A stretch of DNA of 64,000 nt. Source: an uncultured Gammaproteobacteria bacterium (GTDB lineage: Bacteria; Patescibacteriota; Patescibacteriia; SG8-24). Positions 62,181-64,000 of the stretch are shown here, one piece after another. Each line of letters opens with the position of its first letter. Position 1 is the stretch's first letter. The position numbers and the translations under genes were made by a program. The notes under the pieces were generated by a model, which had not been told where the DNA came from, did not search any database, and saw only the letters and a program-made list of their open reading frames with translations. Where the stretch lies: positions 72,766 to 136,765 of the forward strand of contig CAZBFO010000003.1 of the NCBI GenBank assembly GCA_964491475.1, read 5' to 3'.

Positions 62181-63761
62181 ATGGACACGTCCGATCCCGT
62201 CAAGAAGAACGGTTCCGACGCGTCCGATGACGCGTCTTTCCCGCACGACGAAGTCGAGGTTTCGGTCAGCGACCAGCACCTCGCCTCCGGCAAGACCGTC
62301 CTGGTCCGCGTGCGTCACACCTGGGGATACCGGATCCGCAGGTTCGTGAAGATGCTGCGCGGCCACGCCGAGCCGCCCGACGTCGTCGAGGTGCGCAACC
62401 CTCTCGAGGACTTCCTGTTCGACGGGGAATTCGCCGCGTTCCTGCGGCGCATCCACGAGGAATACGGCAAGGCGCGCGTGCTGCGTCTGCGGCTGGTGGG
62501 CGATTGCTTCGACCCGCTGGCAGTCACTTGGAAAGGCAAGATGGTCGATCCGCCCTTCGAGGCGGTCGGCGCATACAAGATGCGCCAGATCATCCGCGGA
62601 CATCGCGTCTACTTTGACGCCTTGGCCTGGTTCGTACGCCTGCCCAACGCCCGCCTGGACGTGTTCGTGGGAAACCACGACCAGTTCCTGTGCTGGCCGG
62701 CAGTGCAGCGCCTGCTGCTCCGCCGCATCGCCGGGAACGATCCGGCGCTGAAGGATAGGGTGCGCTTCATCGACCAGTCGATGGGTTTCACCGACTTCCA
62801 TCGCGGCGTCGAGTACTACCACGGCATGAACTGCGAACCGCACTGCAGCGTCGACCCGCAGTCGACCATCCTGTACGAGCGCCTCGGCATCACGCTGAAG
62901 CGCCCGCGGCTCAACAAGCCGCTCGGCTCGGACATGACCGTCGGCCTGGCCAACCGCATCAAGCTGCAGAACAGCCACGTCGGCCGGGTCCGTTCCGAGA
63001 AGGAAATCTGGCGGTACGCCGCGCGCTTCCGCTGGATGTGGTCGGCCTTCGCCCTCTTCAGCCTCATGGCGCACCTGTTCTCCGATCAGGTGTCGGTGCT
63101 GTGGGACTGGCGGCGCAAGACCGGCATCCTGATGCTCTTCAGGATGATGATGGCCAAGCTGCGGGAAACCGCCGCCGCCGTCATCTCCACGACGCAGCAC
63201 ATCCCGGTCGACGCGGACGTCGAGAAGGACATGCGCCGGAAACCCGAAGTGCGCCTGTTCGTCCGCGGCCATTCGCACGACCCCAAGCTGGTCCAAAGTT
63301 CCGAAGGTTCGTACCTGAACACCGGCACTTGGGCCAAGTCGCTGCGGCTGGTGTACCCGACCTTCGAGTACCGCTGGCGGCGCTTCCGTTCGGTCGAGGT
63401 GCTGTGGCATTCGCTCAAGCGCTTCTTCCGGACCGGCAGGGTCGAGTTCGCGCAGCAAGTCATCAAGCTGGTGGCCTTCGTCGGCGTCGCCGCGGCCATC
63501 GTGGCCTTCCTGCTGACCTCGTTCGAGCAGAACCGCTTCCACGTCCTGTGGTACGACCTGCTCGACTTCAAGCTGCCGGCGGCGATATTGCTGGTCTTCT
63601 TCCTGATCGGCGGCGTCTTCCGGATCTTCGCCGTGAAGCCGGACGAGGTCGACGACACCCACCTGACTTTCGGCCTGGTGCGCCACGGCAAGGACGGCAG
63701 CCTGTCCGTCGACCTCAAGGAGTACCATCCCGACACCGACGCTTTCCGCGATTACGTCTGA
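62181..63761 (+). CDS. Calcineurin-like metallophosphoesterase fused to a C-terminal membrane region
   Basis: SD AAGGAG before MDTSD. Phosphoesterase motifs LVGDCFDP (GDxxD), VGNHDQF (GNHD), VRGHSHDP (GHxH). Two C-terminal TM helices VAFVGVAAAIVAFLL and AAILLVFFLIGGVF. Confidence 0.65.
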   Translation: MDTSDPVKKNGSDASDDASFPHDEVEVSVSDQHLASGKTVLVRVRHTWGYRIRRFVKMLRGHAEPPDVVEVRNPLEDFLFDGEFAAFLRRIHEEYGKARVLRLRLVGDCFDPLAVTWKGKMVDPPFEAVGAYKMRQIIRGHRVYFDALAWFVRLPNARLDVFVGNHDQFLCWPAVQRLLLRRIAGNDPALKDRVRFIDQSMGFTDFHRGVEYYHGMNCEPHCSVDPQSTILYERLGITLKRPRLNKPLGSDMTVGLANRIKLQNSHVGRVRSEKEIWRYAARFRWMWSAFALFSLMAHLFSDQVSVLWDWRRKTGILMLFRMMMAKLRETAAAVISTTQHIPVDADVEKDMRRKPEVRLFVRGHSHDPKLVQSSEGSYLNTGTWAKSLRLVYPTFEYRWRRFRSVEVLWHSLKRFFRTGRVEFAQQVIKLVAFVGVAAAIVAFLLTSFEQNRFHVLWYDLLDFKLPAAILLVFFLIGGVFRIFAVKPDEVDDTHLTFGLVRHGKDGSLSVDLKEYHPDTDAFRDYV

Positions 63762-63845
63762 AAGCGACCCCCGCGTCTTCGCGGGGTTTTTGTTTGCAAA
63801 ATGCCGATCGGCACGATGCGCCCGTCATCTTGAATGTATCGCCCA

Positions 63846-64000
63846 AATGGGCGATACTCATTTGCGTATGTTGGACACCACCTTTTTCGCGGCGCTCAAG
63901 GAGCGGCAGGCTTCGCACGTGGCCATACGACGTGAACTCATCGCCAAGGCGTCGGGCGCGCAGGCCGAAGCCAAGCGTGCCATCTTCGCGTTGCACCGCG
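63846..64000 (+). CDS. 5' end of an ORF running off the window (hypothetical)
   Basis: ATG at 63846 or 63869 opens a frame with no stop to the window end. Product MLDTTFFAALKERQASHVAIRRELIAKASG... is not recognised. Confidence 0.3.

Overview
High-GC (about 65% G+C) bacterial chromosomal segment, densely coding on both strands, with short intergenic gaps, ATGA start/stop overlaps and many hairpin + T-run terminators. No rRNA, CRISPR array, transposase or integrase was recognised. Content in order: (1) 1..7970, a block of secreted/surface proteins: a partial S/T/G-rich surface protein, a tail-fibre-like protein, a TerC/DUF475-like membrane protein, and three paralogous exported proteins sharing a conserved ~115-aa domain I cannot assign to a family. 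(2) 8376..24455, a large cell-envelope glycosylation island: short UDP-glucose-dehydrogenase-family protein translationally coupled to an S8 protease with FG-GAP repeats, GtrA-like protein, two tandem UXS-family (UDP-glucuronate decarboxylase-like) SDRs, GtrB-like GT2, DUF2304-like protein, a second GT2, two GT4s, a YfhO-like polytopic membrane protein, CDP-alcohol phosphatidyltransferase, a second large polytopic membrane protein and an exported protein. (3) 24881..31323, a HIT protein and a dTDP-rhamnose pathway (rfbB, rfbC, rfbD, long-form rfbA-like), interrupted by a low-GC GNAT gene and two tandem NUDIX-like cassettes that carry the same promoter/leader sequence. (4) Housekeeping genes: murA, ctpA-like S41 peptidase, a NUDIX hydrolase, pyrG, a solitary rpmA, a cysteine desulfurase. 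(5) 40159..49046, minus strand, a type IV pilus operon: pilB, pilC, two pilin-like genes, a large beta-helical pilin-like protein, pilM, pilN, pilO, and a small Pro-rich membrane protein. No secretin or prepilin peptidase is present. (6) mraY-lon-ftsW-murG, with lon sitting where murD normally lies, and a 300-nt non-coding region of long perfect palindromes between ftsW and murG. (7) A 770-aa charged protein with a degenerate GGDEF (AGDEF) domain, a small acidic protein gene, tRNA-Lys(UUU), then hypothetical genes, a GT4 and a metallophosphoesterase-membrane fusion. The most unusual items are the palindromic ftsW-murG intergenic elements, the conserved domain shared by the three exported paralogs, the duplicated NUDIX cassettes, the truncated dehydrogenase plus UXS pair, and the AGDEF protein. 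Many long ORFs in the six-frame track are antisense high-GC artefacts and were not called.
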